The notes under the pieces were generated by a model, which did not search any database, had not been told where the DNA came from, and saw only the letters and a program-made list of their open reading frames with translations. Both the position numbers and the translations under genes were made by a program. A stretch of 61,324 bases of DNA, the filler included, from Dirinaria sp. TL-2023a (taxonomy: Eukaryota), in NCBI GenBank assembly GCA_051941275.1. It is 3 parts of 3 records of this genome, joined end to end, with 100 filler letters (N's around TTAATTAATTAA, not from the genome) between each part and the next. Parts side by side here need not be neighbours in the genome. Positions count along the whole stretch, not along the records: positions 40,997 to 61,324 come from JAVEBF010000291.1; 2 more parts are not named here. One strand, 5' to 3'. Every line of letters starts with the position of its first letter. Position 1 is the first letter of the stretch. This document shows positions 49,622 through 60,839 of this stretch, piece by piece.

Positions 49622-50347
49622 ATGACAGGCCGTCTTCCGACTACGAAAGACTTTCCTACCCACCTCTCCCTGACCATCACCCCTCCACCCGTCCAGGACC
49701 AACCCGTCAATGTTCTCATCCTCCTCCATGGCCTGGGAGACACCAATGCTCCATTCACCAAGCTAGGAACCCGACTCGCGTTGCCGGAAACCTGCTGCAT
49801 ATCTCTCCAAGCTCCAGCAGCTCTTCCCTTCGAGCTAGGCGGTTTTCACTGGGGCGACGACATTGTCTTTGACCCTTCTACTGCAGAGATGGAATTTGAT
49901 ACCGGGTTCAAAAAGGCTGCCAGCGTTATTGAGCGTGATGTTATAATCAACGGCCTGATAAAAAATTGTGGATATCAGCCAAGGGACATTCTGATGTTTG
50001 GCTTCGGCCAGGGTGGCATGGCAGCCGTAGCTGTTGCTGCGTCTTTACTGCAAGAGCTTGGAGGCGTAGTGACTATTGGCGGTCCAGCACCTTCCTCACT
50101 TGTTCCACGGTCCGAGAAGAGCAAGACTCCGGTTATGGTGCTTGGTGGGTCTTCCAAGACGGTCATTACGAGAAGCGCAATTGAAATGTTGAAGAAGCAT
50201 TTCCAAACTTTGGAATCCCATCAGTGGAACAAGACTGGGGATGACATGCCCATGTCCAAGGAAGAAATGCTGCCTATTATGCGATTCTTCGCCACACGGC
50301 TTCGGAGTCGCAAGGGCGTTCCCCAGGGAAGTGTTGAGATTGGATGA
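49622..50347 (+). CDS. Phospholipase/carboxylesterase (Abhydrolase_2)-family protein lacking the canonical nucleophile
   Basis: NVLILLHGLGD, GGFHWGDD, elbow LMFGFGQGG and terminal EEMLPIMRFFA; single exon. Confidence 0.85.
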   Translation: MTGRLPTTKDFPTHLSLTITPPPVQDQPVNVLILLHGLGDTNAPFTKLGTRLALPETCCISLQAPAALPFELGGFHWGDDIVFDPSTAEMEFDTGFKKAASVIERDVIINGLIKNCGYQPRDILMFGFGQGGMAAVAVAASLLQELGGVVTIGGPAPSSLVPRSEKSKTPVMVLGGSSKTVITRSAIEMLKKHFQTLESHQWNKTGDDMPMSKEEMLPIMRFFATRLRSRKGVPQGSVEIG

Positions 50348-50625
50348 GACGCTCCAGCAACTTGGTTGCGGTGGCTTCCCAATCAACTCACCTATATAAC
50401 TTTACGCGCCCACACCGAACATCCGGCTATAAGTGATCTGAAGACGTACATATAAGCGATCGTTCCGGCGCGTTCTCCGCCCTCAGAAGTCGAAAATACA
50501 CAGTCGAATCAGGGATTTTGATTTACAGCTCATGCGCTAAGTAAAGTCCCATTGTATGCCGTCTCAAGAGCTCTTCCAACAAAAGTCGCGACTCGCTCTT
50601 TAGAGTGTAGTGTCAATACCTTGCA

Positions 50626-51216
50626 ATGCTCTACAGAATGGATATTTGTTTGTGTTCGTATGCCCTGTGCATGCTCATTGTGTCACCTTTGTCACTCGCT
50701 GCTCCTGGAACACCTACTCATCAAATAACAAGCAACGTTCTTACTCCCGAAAACAACACGGTGCTCCAAAGCTTCCATGATTCTTCCAACTGGACGAATT
50801 CATGGGGATACAAATGCTTCACACGCGAGGAGCATCCTGCAATCGCTGGACCCGTAAATAACTTACACTGCGTCGTCAATCTCTATCGATTACTGAGAAC
50901 TGCTGGTGCCGACATCCCCGTGCGCTGGGATCTGTTCCCTCCGATGTCCCAACAGTATATATGGCGTGAAGTGTTCAGGAGCTGTTTCATCACCCTACGC
51001 CGCCTATCTCCAGGGGCTGTAGATGAATTTTCGCTTTTAAGCATAGCGCATCAGGCGGCGATCGTCGTGGACCACTGCGTGATTTCTACAACGTCATATC
51101 TCGGTGGGCAGACTGTCGTTGGTTCACGGGGAGTCTTCTATCTTGAAGTTGCCAACAACGCTGTTATCGGAGATGTTCACAGTGCTTCGACGAACGACTC
51201 CGCCACAATAGCTTGA
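50626..51216 (+). CDS. Small secreted cysteine-containing protein (effector-like)
   Basis: Hydrophobic signal (ALCMLIVSPLSLA), N-glycosylation sequons, and four spaced Cys in the mature part with the pattern C..F...C...SC.I...AAIVVDHCV...GG..VG..G.FYLEV. Confidence 0.7.
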   Translation: MLYRMDICLCSYALCMLIVSPLSLAAPGTPTHQITSNVLTPENNTVLQSFHDSSNWTNSWGYKCFTREEHPAIAGPVNNLHCVVNLYRLLRTAGADIPVRWDLFPPMSQQYIWREVFRSCFITLRRLSPGAVDEFSLLSIAHQAAIVVDHCVISTTSYLGGQTVVGSRGVFYLEVANNAVIGDVHSASTNDSATIA

Positions 51217-51534
51217 GTCACTCGAAGCACCATTTAGCGAGGTAAAATGGCATTTTTAATCGTAGGTTCTCCACATAAATGGGACCAAGCTATGTCGGGC
51301 TCGTCTGATTCTACTGGGCAAGCACAAAGTTGTGGAAGGAGAACAGGTCTACTCACATAGCGATAAACCAAGCGTGGCCTGATGGAGGCAAAAGGCAGGA
51401 AAATGTCAAATACATATTGCAACTATCACTAATCTACCCGAATCGGAGCAAGAGCTTTCCCACTCCACTACTGGAAGAAGCCCAAAGGAACCGGAATGCT
51501 CTCCTTTATACATCTCCGCCCTCCTTCAAAACCT

Positions 51535-52194
51535 TTACTTTTTCCCAGTATTCCCCCCCTTCGCCGCTCCAGCAGGCGCTTTCGGCCGCGGCCTCGATTC
51601 AGCACTGATCTTCGTCTTGCCACTCGTGACCCCAGGTCCCAATTTCGACGCCGCAGTACTGGGCGCAGCCTTCTTCGGCTGCGGAGCAGAGACGTTGGGT
51701 TTCTTGGGAGGCTGCGCCGCCACTTTACTCGCGGAAGTACCGACTGCACCCTTATTCACACCCGTAGCAGCAGTAGTACTCTGTTTCTTCGCCCCTCCTA
51801 CTGCTCCAGCTACATTCGCCCTGGTGCCAGCACTAGGTCCCGTCCTCGCTCCACCCGTGCTCGGAGGAGGCCCCTGCACCCTCTTGCTGGGCCTATAAAC
51901 GCCGGGGTTGTTCATGCCGTAGCTGAGCGCGGCCTTCTGGTCCCTCTCCAGCCCGAGCGGGTTGCTCCGCGTTCCCTGCCTCGCCCCGCTCCCCTTGGTC
52001 GCGTCCATGATGTAGTTCCCCGTGTCCTTGGCGTAGTCCCCCCAGCTCGTCCCCACGGCCGTCACGCTGTCCCCGATCCCGCGGCCCGTCGTTGCGATCC
52101 CGGCCCCGACGGAGGAGACGGCCCCGCCCGCTACGGACCCGGCCCCCGCGATCACGGTGTTCACGCCGTCGTAGACGGGGTCGAGCAGACCCAT
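51535..52194 (-). CDS. Gly/Ala/Lys-rich hypothetical protein
   Basis: ATG in a CTAACAATG context after a C/A-rich 5' UTR. Strong GC3 bias. Amphipathic N-half (VGAGIATTGRGIGDSV...WGDYAKDTGNYIMDAT) and basic low-complexity tail. Confidence 0.75.
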   Translation of the reverse strand: MGLLDPVYDGVNTVIAGAGSVAGGAVSSVGAGIATTGRGIGDSVTAVGTSWGDYAKDTGNYIMDATKGSGARQGTRSNPLGLERDQKAALSYGMNNPGVYRPSKRVQGPPPSTGGARTGPSAGTRANVAGAVGGAKKQSTTAATGVNKGAVGTSASKVAAQPPKKPNVSAPQPKKAAPSTAASKLGPGVTSGKTKISAESRPRPKAPAGAAKGGNTGKK

Positions 52195-53641
52195 TGTTAG
52201 GTCTGTGGGGTGGAGCGGGTGGAGTATTTTGGGTGGTTTGTTGGGTGGTTGGTTTGGGTCGTTGGGTAGTTAGGGCGGAGGGCGTGGGTGGTTTGAATGT
52301 TCTTGGATCTTAGGTTGTTGGATAGATTTGGAGGGTCTCTTCTTCTATCAGAGGAGGATGGATTGCAAGGCTGGAAAGTTTGTGAAGGCGAAGCAATGGG
52401 AAAGAAGAAAAATATGAATTTTGCTTCCAGAAGAGAGTAACGTAAGGTAGTGTATTGTCTTCTTGCATTGACCTTCATCCAGGATCGTGCCCAGCTATGA
52501 TGTCATCCGAAACGATGCGCGCAACCGCGGGTTTTTTGAATTCTTGTTTTTCCGCCCCTGGCTCCCTGCTTCTTTTTGCAGATCCTCTCGCCCAATTGTT
52601 GGTCTATGGTACTCTGCTTATGTGTATCACTATTGTACTACTACGTAAGATCTGACCAATTTGCCTTAGATCTTCAGAGTGTAATTCACACCTTGCAAAA
52701 GTATCTTTCATTTCTTATGCCGTAAGTACATACACTTAAATACCTACCTCTGACGACCCTCTTCGATATATTTCCTTGGCTACCGGCTACCTTGGCAAAT
52801 GTAAAGATGCCATTCTATGCTCGAAGAGGAACGGCTCGTTCGTGTGGGTTTACACTACTGCCTTTAAACTCACCGAGATATTTCCTATAATCCTCGTACA
52901 AGTAAGACCCACATCGAGCGTTTATGGAACTTTGTTCCCTCCTTTTTTTTCTCCTTTTTTTTTCCCCCACCTTTAACAACTGACGCAACCATCTTTCCAA
53001 TACTAAACTTGGAAGTATGTATGTGCGTGCCGGTGTGATTTTGTGGAAGTTTTTCGCTTCTTCCTTCTCTCCTTTCCTGTGCCATCGCGATATACAACGC
53101 TTATCGATTTCCTGCAATAGGCCGTTTATATTTTGTATGGTTGGAATTCAAATGGGTGGTAACATGTCTGCTATCGCCCATCCTGAACTTCTTGTCGCCT
53201 TTTTCCCTACTTCCTGTATACATGGTGTTCCTCTATCCCTTAGCTGCTCACTCTATGAATCATGGACTACATAGCAGTTCAAATTTCTCTCCTTGTACCT
53301 CTTCTGTAAGGCTCCGTTCATGAGCATCCATGCACTCTTATTATAATGGTCCAAAAACTTATACGGAGGTTGACATCAAACTTCCTGGCTGGCATCATAT
53401 ACGCCGAATCTAGTCGTCCAGCTGACTACAGGTAGGCTTTGCAGAGAACAGCTGCACTCCAGATAGCAAGTTGGCGCGTTGGGGTGATCAGTCCCCGGGT
53501 GCCTTGCGGTTGAACCCTCGAAGAATACCTTGTCAATAGTGGCATGCTAGGACTTGTGGCGTCGTCCTCCGTACTGCCGAGATCAGTCCAAATAGAACAA
53601 CTTTAATTTCGACTGTGGTAGTCCCATCTATCCCCGATGGG

Positions 53642-55320
53642 TCATTGCTCTGCATTTCGGGTCCGGTCCTCTTTACAATTAATACTCTTCTCTTTCTCTA
53701 CCATCCCAAAGTCCATCTCCAAGTCGTTTGTTAATGCATACCCCTCGATGAACACCATGATAGCAACGCCTAGCACTGCAAACGGAATGATGATACATGC
53801 AACCACGTTGAACGCATCGGCGTGTATCTGCATTGACTCCCCCCTGACATCGTCCTACCCTAAAAGCAAGCTGCGTATGACGCCAAAGGTGGCCTTTTCG
53901 CTGGCGCCGTTCTCGAAAAGCAGAGAAGCAACATCAGGTTGGTCTGCCGCGCGGTCAGCGACGAGGCGATCGATGCGCTTGCTGGAAATAGTGCTGGGGA
54001 CGGTGACGCCCCAGCTGGAACAGAATGAAGGTATTCAGATCCACGCTGCGGTCGCCGTGATGGACAAGGTTGGTAAGGAGAGGTGGGATCATGGTGTCCA
54101 CGACCATGCCGTTGCTGAGATCGAAAAGGATTTGGAAGCCTACTCAAGCGCCTATGCTGGAGCTGGTGTGCAATACAGTCATGCTGCCGGCTCCCGAGGC
54201 CATGAGCGCGAAGCTGTTCAAGTGAAATGCACGATAGTGGCCCTGTTATGGTGACGAGGAACGCCAGCGATGGCGGCTGCTGTGGCGATGTTGGTCGCAA
54301 TGGGGAAAATTTGCAGCCCGGAGTGGGTTGATGTCGAGCCTAAAACAGCTTGGAAATGGATGGGAAGGGAGTAGATCGTCTAGAGTAAGAGCATTCCGTG
54401 GATGAATGCCATGAAGAAGACCGCGGTTGTTATCCGGTTGAACAGCAGTTGCGCAGGCTTGGTTGGCTCCTTGACCTAGCTACAGGCCTGGATAGCAGCG
54501 AAACCGATTATTCCCAAGAAGCCTAGGGCAAGAGGCACCACGCGAAACTTTGTTGAGTAAGTTTCCTAAGCCTGCGCAAATGATGGACTGTCTCTTCCAG
54601 ACTGGAGAAAAGGATCAACGGATAACTACAATAGCATCGAGTGCAGTAAAGGCAAGAGGAAGAAAGAGACGAGAGTATTAGGGAAGCCAAAAAGCAAGAT
54701 GCTAGCGCCAAGGCCATTCGAAGGGTTGTTACAACGTGAAGCCATCAGACGAAGCAGATTCAGATCTCTTTGCTCTACTGTCCTCTCCTATACGCAATCC
54801 ATCCATCCGGACCATATTCTCAAGACCAAGTTGCGGACAGAGACAGCCAGCCTGGACCGGAGCGAATATTAGGCCGAATCTAGCTGAGAGAAAGTAAGGG
54901 GAAGGAACGAAATGGATGAGCAATAAGGCATGTTCGGCGCGATTTCTAAGGAATTAGAGAGAACCTTGCTGATAGATGATGGTATGCGAGCGGGTAGGGA
55001 GAGTGGCGTGACCATGGAATGAGGCAACTGTTCGTACCAGACCATCCACACTACAGCGACTTACGCAGCAGTAGAAGTTGTATGATATCCGCTCGAGATG
55101 CTGCGTGGGTTTTCTCCAGTTCGGTTTGGATATCGAAGAGAACGGTTTTACAATAAGATTCGATCTCCTTGAATGATCTTTTTTGTTCCGCCATTCCCTC
55201 ACAGTTCGCAAGGAAGTACTGATCACAGAGGCGAAACCTATGTGACTAGAAAATAAGACAAGATCGACATTTCCTTCTAGAAGCCAAGTGAAGTTGGGGC
55301 CGAAGGAGCTGAAGGGGCCG
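53642..55320 (-). pseudogene. Decayed MFS (DHA2-type, 14-TMS) efflux pump
   Basis: Manual minus-strand translation gives SVISTSLRTV, LRNRAEH, VVPLALGFLGIIGF..*VKEPTKPAQLLFNR, FMAFIHGMLLL*TIYSLPIHFQAVLG..SGLQIFP, GA*VGFQILF..NGMV..MIPPLL, ATAAWI*IPSF..WGVTVPSTI and YALTNDLEMDFGM. In-frame stops at about 54477, 54381, 54145, 54036 and 53856, plus frameshifts. The 5' boundary is approximate. Confidence 0.8.
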
Positions 55321-55397
55321 TTTTCGATCTTATCTCGCCGATCTACCCGAAATGGTAGTACTAGTGTGACTGCGGGACAGGGCAGTCGAGCAGTGAA

Positions 55398-55432
55398 GTG
55401 GCCCCGGTGGCCCCGGTGGCCCCGGTGGCCCC
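55398..55432. repeat. 9-bp tandem repeat (GTGGCCCCG) in nearly 4 copies
   Basis: GTGGCCCCG GTGGCCCCG GTGGCCCCG GTGGCCCC is directly visible. Confidence 0.9.
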
Positions 55433-56091
55433 AGGGTGCCCTAAGGAGGGTGAGTGGTTGCCTTATGGGGGAAGGCGCAATCATGAGCCCGCAACGGCCG
55501 CAGCAAGTCGGTCAATCTCCCCCAATTCTCCTTTCACTACTGCCCAAGTCCCTACTTCCCTCCACCCGTCCTAGCTGACACCTGAAAGTACTTCGCAACT
55601 CCTACCTGAAATGCCCGATGGGCGAATGGTATGCATCTCCACGAGTCCATGTGGCTGGCAGTCAGCCTTCAAAAACGGGTTCTGCAGCACCCTTCTCATG
55701 ACGATTGGAGGGTATCGGGCAAATTCAGCCCCCAGCCAGCGGAGATGATGCAATTGATGCTTCCTTTCTCTATTGAGGTCGAACCGGCACCAGTCACCAC
55801 CGCCGGCAAGTTGTTCCTATCATCTGATACCTCCTATATTCAGCCCGCTATAACATGTTCCAGTACGCGAAAGAGGCTCCACAAGGCTGAGGTCGAAGGA
55901 CTCAGCGTTCTTCCCAATCTCCCAATATGCTAGGTGTAGCCCCCAACCTCATTCAAACTGCTGTTGTGAACGCAGGATGGATTACTCAGGCCCGCCATCT
56001 CATTTCATCACTTCAAGTAGTCGCATCAATCCAGACCATCTCGTTGATGTCTCGGGTTTCATTTGCTCCAAGCCTTTCTCAATTCTCTATC

Positions 56092-57915
56092 ATGTCTTCT
56101 TTGCCAGACATCGAATCGAAGCTCAAGAGGTCTGCATGTGATCGCTGCCACAGCCAAAAGCTCCGTTGCTCTCGATCCACAACCAAGAATGGGTCGCAAA
56201 AACCTTGCATCCGCTGCCAAAAAGCCGGCGCTAGTTGCACCGTCAGTGCCATGCAAAAAACAGGCAGGCCACGAAAAAAGGTTGACATGACCTCACCAAC
56301 AAAAGGGTTTGGGAACAATACCCCTCCACCGTTGAATGATAGGGCAGACATTTCAAAGTTCTTACAAACGGACCCACACAGCCAAGTAGAGTGCACTCCT
56401 CCACCTACGACCGCATCAAATACCCGACTTGTCACGAGTGCCTCGAATAAGCAAAGGCTCGAAGACTTCCTACCATCAAGCGAGCATCTCAAGGACGACT
56501 CAGAGAGCCACCCACCTACCTCCTCTTTAGATAACTGTACGGGTTCCCTGACGTTCGATGACCCATTGATGGCTGAGGAAAATTCTTCCTGGGTCGTAGA
56601 AGGGATCCCACAGCAGTATCAGAGAATTGGTGACATCTTCGCCCACTGCGCCGAAACACGGGAGTGGCAAGCTCGAAACAAGGAAACAAATAACCAAGAA
56701 GAGTCATGTTTCGCGATTTATCCCAAGCCCGAAGTCACAGCGCAAGACACACGGTTTAGGCGAACAGATCTCCTGGCCTGGGAAAGACTGCACGAATTCT
56801 CAAGCAAGTCAACATCCTGTACTGATTTGAGCTCCTCTACCATCAACTCACGACCCCTGTCTCCGATTGCACTCAATAATGTCTCCCCAACAAGATCGAG
56901 GGACAGTGTATACAATACTTATGAGATACACAGAAATGGCAGTGGCGGGAGAACAACGTCGCCGTATCAATTCGGTCAACGAGATCTATCTTCATCCATT
57001 CCGGATCGAGCCCAATTTGTCGAAACACCTCCATTAATAGATCTTAGGCTCAACACTGCGCACAAAAGCACGCATTGCTTGCTACAGACCCAGTTCGAGA
57101 TCTATTCCAGCTCTGCTGAATTCATGTCGTTGGAAGCAACATCAAATTATTATGAGTCTCCGGATACGTTAAGTCGCAGCCAATCGCAATCCATAGGAAC
57201 CTTCTTCTCAGCGGTCGAAAAATTCATTTCGATTATCTCCGAACCTCAAATTATCATCTCTGGCAACTCATCGCCTCAAATGTTCGCTCAGTGCCCTTCA
57301 GCCTCTTCCTTAGACACGAAGACAACGATGCTTGAAAGTCCCGAACATTTCCATTCATTTCCGCCTACTCAGCTTGCCCAGCCCACATCGACCATTAATG
57401 CCAAAATCTTGCGATCGTCTTCTGACCTTTGCGAACCTGATCTTGGTGCATTCCATCTCGTGTTGGCATGCCATACCCGTCTCATGGCTGCTTACGAAGC
57501 GATCATTGACAAAATCGCTTTTCAGTATCGGAGCATAGACAGTAGGAATGTGGGTGTAAGTCCTGTCGCTGGTCTTTCAGGTGATGGCTTCATGGTCCGA
57601 TGCGATATTTCACTCGAGTCACATTTACACCTGCAGATAATTGTACACCAACTTGAACGTCTAAGCGAAGCATGCTACGGGTACTTGACACGAACCTCAT
57701 CGACTTCCGCATGCGAAGATGTACTCTATTTCAACTCTTCACCAGGATTGCATGAAAACTGTCGAAGAGCTGCCCCAGCAGCCTTCGTGGAAATGGCCAA
57801 AAGCATGGTCGCAGATCGGGAAACTACCCTTAGGGAGAAGATCGGAATCCTGGCTCGCGGACCACAGCACGCGTTGGCTGTAGATCCGTTTCACTTTCAG
57901 GCACATGATCCTTGA
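56092..57915 (+). CDS. Zn(II)2Cys6 transcription factor (pathway-specific regulator type), intronless
   Basis: KRSACDRCHSQKLRCSRSTTKNGSQKPCIRCQKAGASC..S...KTGRP, and a C-terminal helical region (FHLVLACHTRLMAAYEAI). ATG 56092 is preferred; the ORF is open from 55927. Confidence 0.9.
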   Translation: MSSLPDIESKLKRSACDRCHSQKLRCSRSTTKNGSQKPCIRCQKAGASCTVSAMQKTGRPRKKVDMTSPTKGFGNNTPPPLNDRADISKFLQTDPHSQVECTPPPTTASNTRLVTSASNKQRLEDFLPSSEHLKDDSESHPPTSSLDNCTGSLTFDDPLMAEENSSWVVEGIPQQYQRIGDIFAHCAETREWQARNKETNNQEESCFAIYPKPEVTAQDTRFRRTDLLAWERLHEFSSKSTSCTDLSSSTINSRPLSPIALNNVSPTRSRDSVYNTYEIHRNGSGGRTTSPYQFGQRDLSSSIPDRAQFVETPPLIDLRLNTAHKSTHCLLQTQFEIYSSSAEFMSLEATSNYYESPDTLSRSQSQSIGTFFSAVEKFISIISEPQIIISGNSSPQMFAQCPSASSLDTKTTMLESPEHFHSFPPTQLAQPTSTINAKILRSSSDLCEPDLGAFHLVLACHTRLMAAYEAIIDKIAFQYRSIDSRNVGVSPVAGLSGDGFMVRCDISLESHLHLQIIVHQLERLSEACYGYLTRTSSTSACEDVLYFNSSPGLHENCRRAAPAAFVEMAKSMVADRETTLREKIGILARGPQHALAVDPFHFQAHDP

Positions 57916-60839
57916 AGACAGCGATAATTCTCGCATTCAGGACGCATGCGCTGGGAAAATCTTGGGAAAAGACGTCGTTAGACTCCACTGGTCTGATTCG
58001 GTACGAACAGATCATTTGTAGCGAAGGCAGGCGTTCATGGGGCAAGGTACTGCTGTGCCGTTAGGAGCGACACAGTTGTGGCTACTATCTTATTCGCAAA
58101 TGCTCTAGACTATTGAGTACTCTACAACGTGAAATTCAGCCTACCTCATTCTTCGGTCCTCTCGTCGGCCCTTCATCTTCGGTACTCATTCGAAAGTCGA
58201 ATCTATGAGAACCAACCTTTATGGCTTATGCGTAAGAGCGGGACGGCACGCTAAGTACCTGTGGCGTTCTACGTGCAACGGGATGAGGCAGCAAGTAGTA
58301 AAGCCGATCTAGCGGCTACACGCATTGCTGGGAAATCCATATTTCAGAGATCCTCCGATTGGACCTTTGTGGGGATTTTGACGAGGGTATGCAGGACTCC
58401 TTTCACGCCGCGAGAATACCCATGATAGATCTCGCTGTCTGCATTCATGCGTTTCTGGCCCCCAGGGTTGTTTCGCATTGGACATACCTCAGAGGTGGGA
58501 ATACGTTTAGCAAGTGAAGACACCACGCACAGCACATGCTGGTATGAAGCTTGAGTGGGTGGTGGCCCCCTGGCCCATTGCAGATCAAAATTTACCCCAG
58601 GTAAAATGCTTCTTTCAGCCAGCCATTCATAGGGCTGGGCCTGGGAGGTTGCGAAAGTGACCACAAGACTTAGTCGGAAATCGCTCGAGATGGGCCTTTT
58701 TTAGCATAAATACCTCAATGAGCGGAGGAGGTATGTGTAATGTGACTGGTCAGTCGACGGATTGGCTCAATCTCGCATGATCTCTAGGGCTGAGAGCGTC
58801 GATCAAACTCAAGGCACAGCAATGGAAAGTAGCTTGGTTCATTCCCGCGCTCACGCAACAGGTCAAGGGCTGAACAGTAACATAGAAGATCTTCCCTTCT
58901 ACGGAACGAGACTCAATGTCAAATGCCTTGAACCCTTTCCCTCCACGAGAGAAAAACCTACTTACTCAGCCCGAAGTACAACTCTACACAAAAGAACAGA
59001 AGCTCGAGGAACGAGCGTGAAAAGGGCCAGTACGCATTGCTTTCTTAGTGGGTCGAATGCCGCGTGTCAGCAATGCTGGCGATCTTCAAGAACGTTACTA
59101 CCATGCATGATAATGATCTATTCATGTCTCTTCAATCCCGCGAAAGATCCGTAACGGGAAAGATCAAGCGACCATGCGTATTGATCTTATGCGATAGGTT
59201 AAAGCTGCTCCACACAGAAAACCGCTTTCAGCCTTGCCAGGCTGTTAGCTGCTCGGTATCTTCATACGCTTGGCTGATTTGACTCTGAATCTGCAGGTCA
59301 AACCTCCGTATAGCTGACTTACGTGCATACTTGGTGCTTTCCAAGTGGGAAGCTTATTGACCCTCTAGGATTCACACGCCAAGTTCGACGTATCACGACT
59401 AGGCCAGTTTCTCTAATACCTGCCAATCACGACTGAACGGAATATGATGCCACATAACCTGGGTGCGATGGTCAGCCTCAAGCATCGGCCGGCAGGGATT
59501 TTCCCGGTGGCCAGTCACAGATGGACTTTCGGAAACGCGGGTGCGCTTTTGATAGAGAGCCAACCAGATCGTCCATATAAGACTAGGTAAGTGACCTCCA
59601 GATACGCTGCACCATCCACATACACACTGGTTTGGATCATCATGTATGATCCCGTAGAGAGATGTGGTGGTCATTTCAGAACAAGCATCCTTGCTATTCT
59701 CTGCGCGTCATGCACCACCTATCACTCCCCTTCACCAGATGAAAACATCAGAGAGGGCGGAGGCGAAGGGGACAACCATCTGTCAAACTTCCCCCTCCTG
59801 TAAGGGAATTTCCGACCCCAATTGTGTGTCCAACCATACAGAAATGTGCTGGTGCGCAATGCCCGTGGCTGCAATCCCCATTTGAAGCTTTTCATCCGAC
59901 GTACCCGACCCAGCCCACAGGATCTCACTATTCTCTTCGAAGTGGCATAGATTCGTAATGATTTTCTCTCCGTCAATCTTTGGCTCAGAATGGATTTTCC
60001 GTGCCGCTTTAGTGACCATGACCGAGCAATGCACGTTGTCAACACACTTATCCCCGTCAGACAATCTTAAGCGACATTCTTTGCATCGTACGCATTAGGT
60101 TGGCAGGCATCTTGACACCGTAGCACTATTCGCTATGCCAGAGTACCCTCTTGAGTTGAAAGTTGAGCCGGCCGAGGAAGCCGCAGATGGCGTCGAACGT
60201 GCAAAACCCCATAGTGCCTTTGAGTAAAAATTTGATGAACCGACTCGGCATGCGGCTGCGTCTGACTTCAAATACGCCGTAGATATTCATCGCAGAATAC
60301 GCAGTCTTAGATTCTCGAGTCGACAGAGGCTCGAAGCGCAAAATCTTCGCCCCTGCTGACAAGCATGCTGGAAATGCGGCTTTTGAGTCAAGCTCACATA
60401 CCGTTCGTTTTGAGGGGAAGGAGATGATTGGAGATAAACTCCAAGACCTTTCCAGGCACGAGGTCCAGTCTATGTGAAGCATGATACTTACCTTGCGAAG
60501 AGAGGCCCCTTGACCAGGGCCGGCTAAGCTGAGAACCGCATTTCCGCATGGCATCGCGCCTGCGGGGCTGTAGAGGTATACTCCTTCTCCTTTAGAATCG
60601 AAGTCGTTGATCGGTAAGATGAGCGGAACTCGGTCTTAGCGCCTGCGCCTCGGATCAGATATGTATCATCGTGTCGAGAATCGATCGCAAGCTCAGGAAA
60701 ATGTCAGAACGTGAAACTCCTTATCTAAAGTAATAGCGCTGGAGCTCTATCGTGGACATCGCAGCTTTTCTGAATAGTCGTATGAAGACGAAGACTGTTA
60801 GGAGTGGTGTCTCAGAGGAACCCACTGGAGAGATAATAT

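Noticed and set aside
51496..52200. 234-aa Arg-rich (+) ORF
   Set aside because: GC-rich antisense shadow of the minus-strand gene.
53637..54254. 205-aa (+) ORF
   Set aside because: Antisense to the MFS pseudogene, whose homology signal is on the minus strand.
58000..60800. Short ORFs downstream of the Zn2Cys6 gene
   Set aside because: No family motif recognised on manual translation. Decayed genes cannot be excluded without BLASTX.
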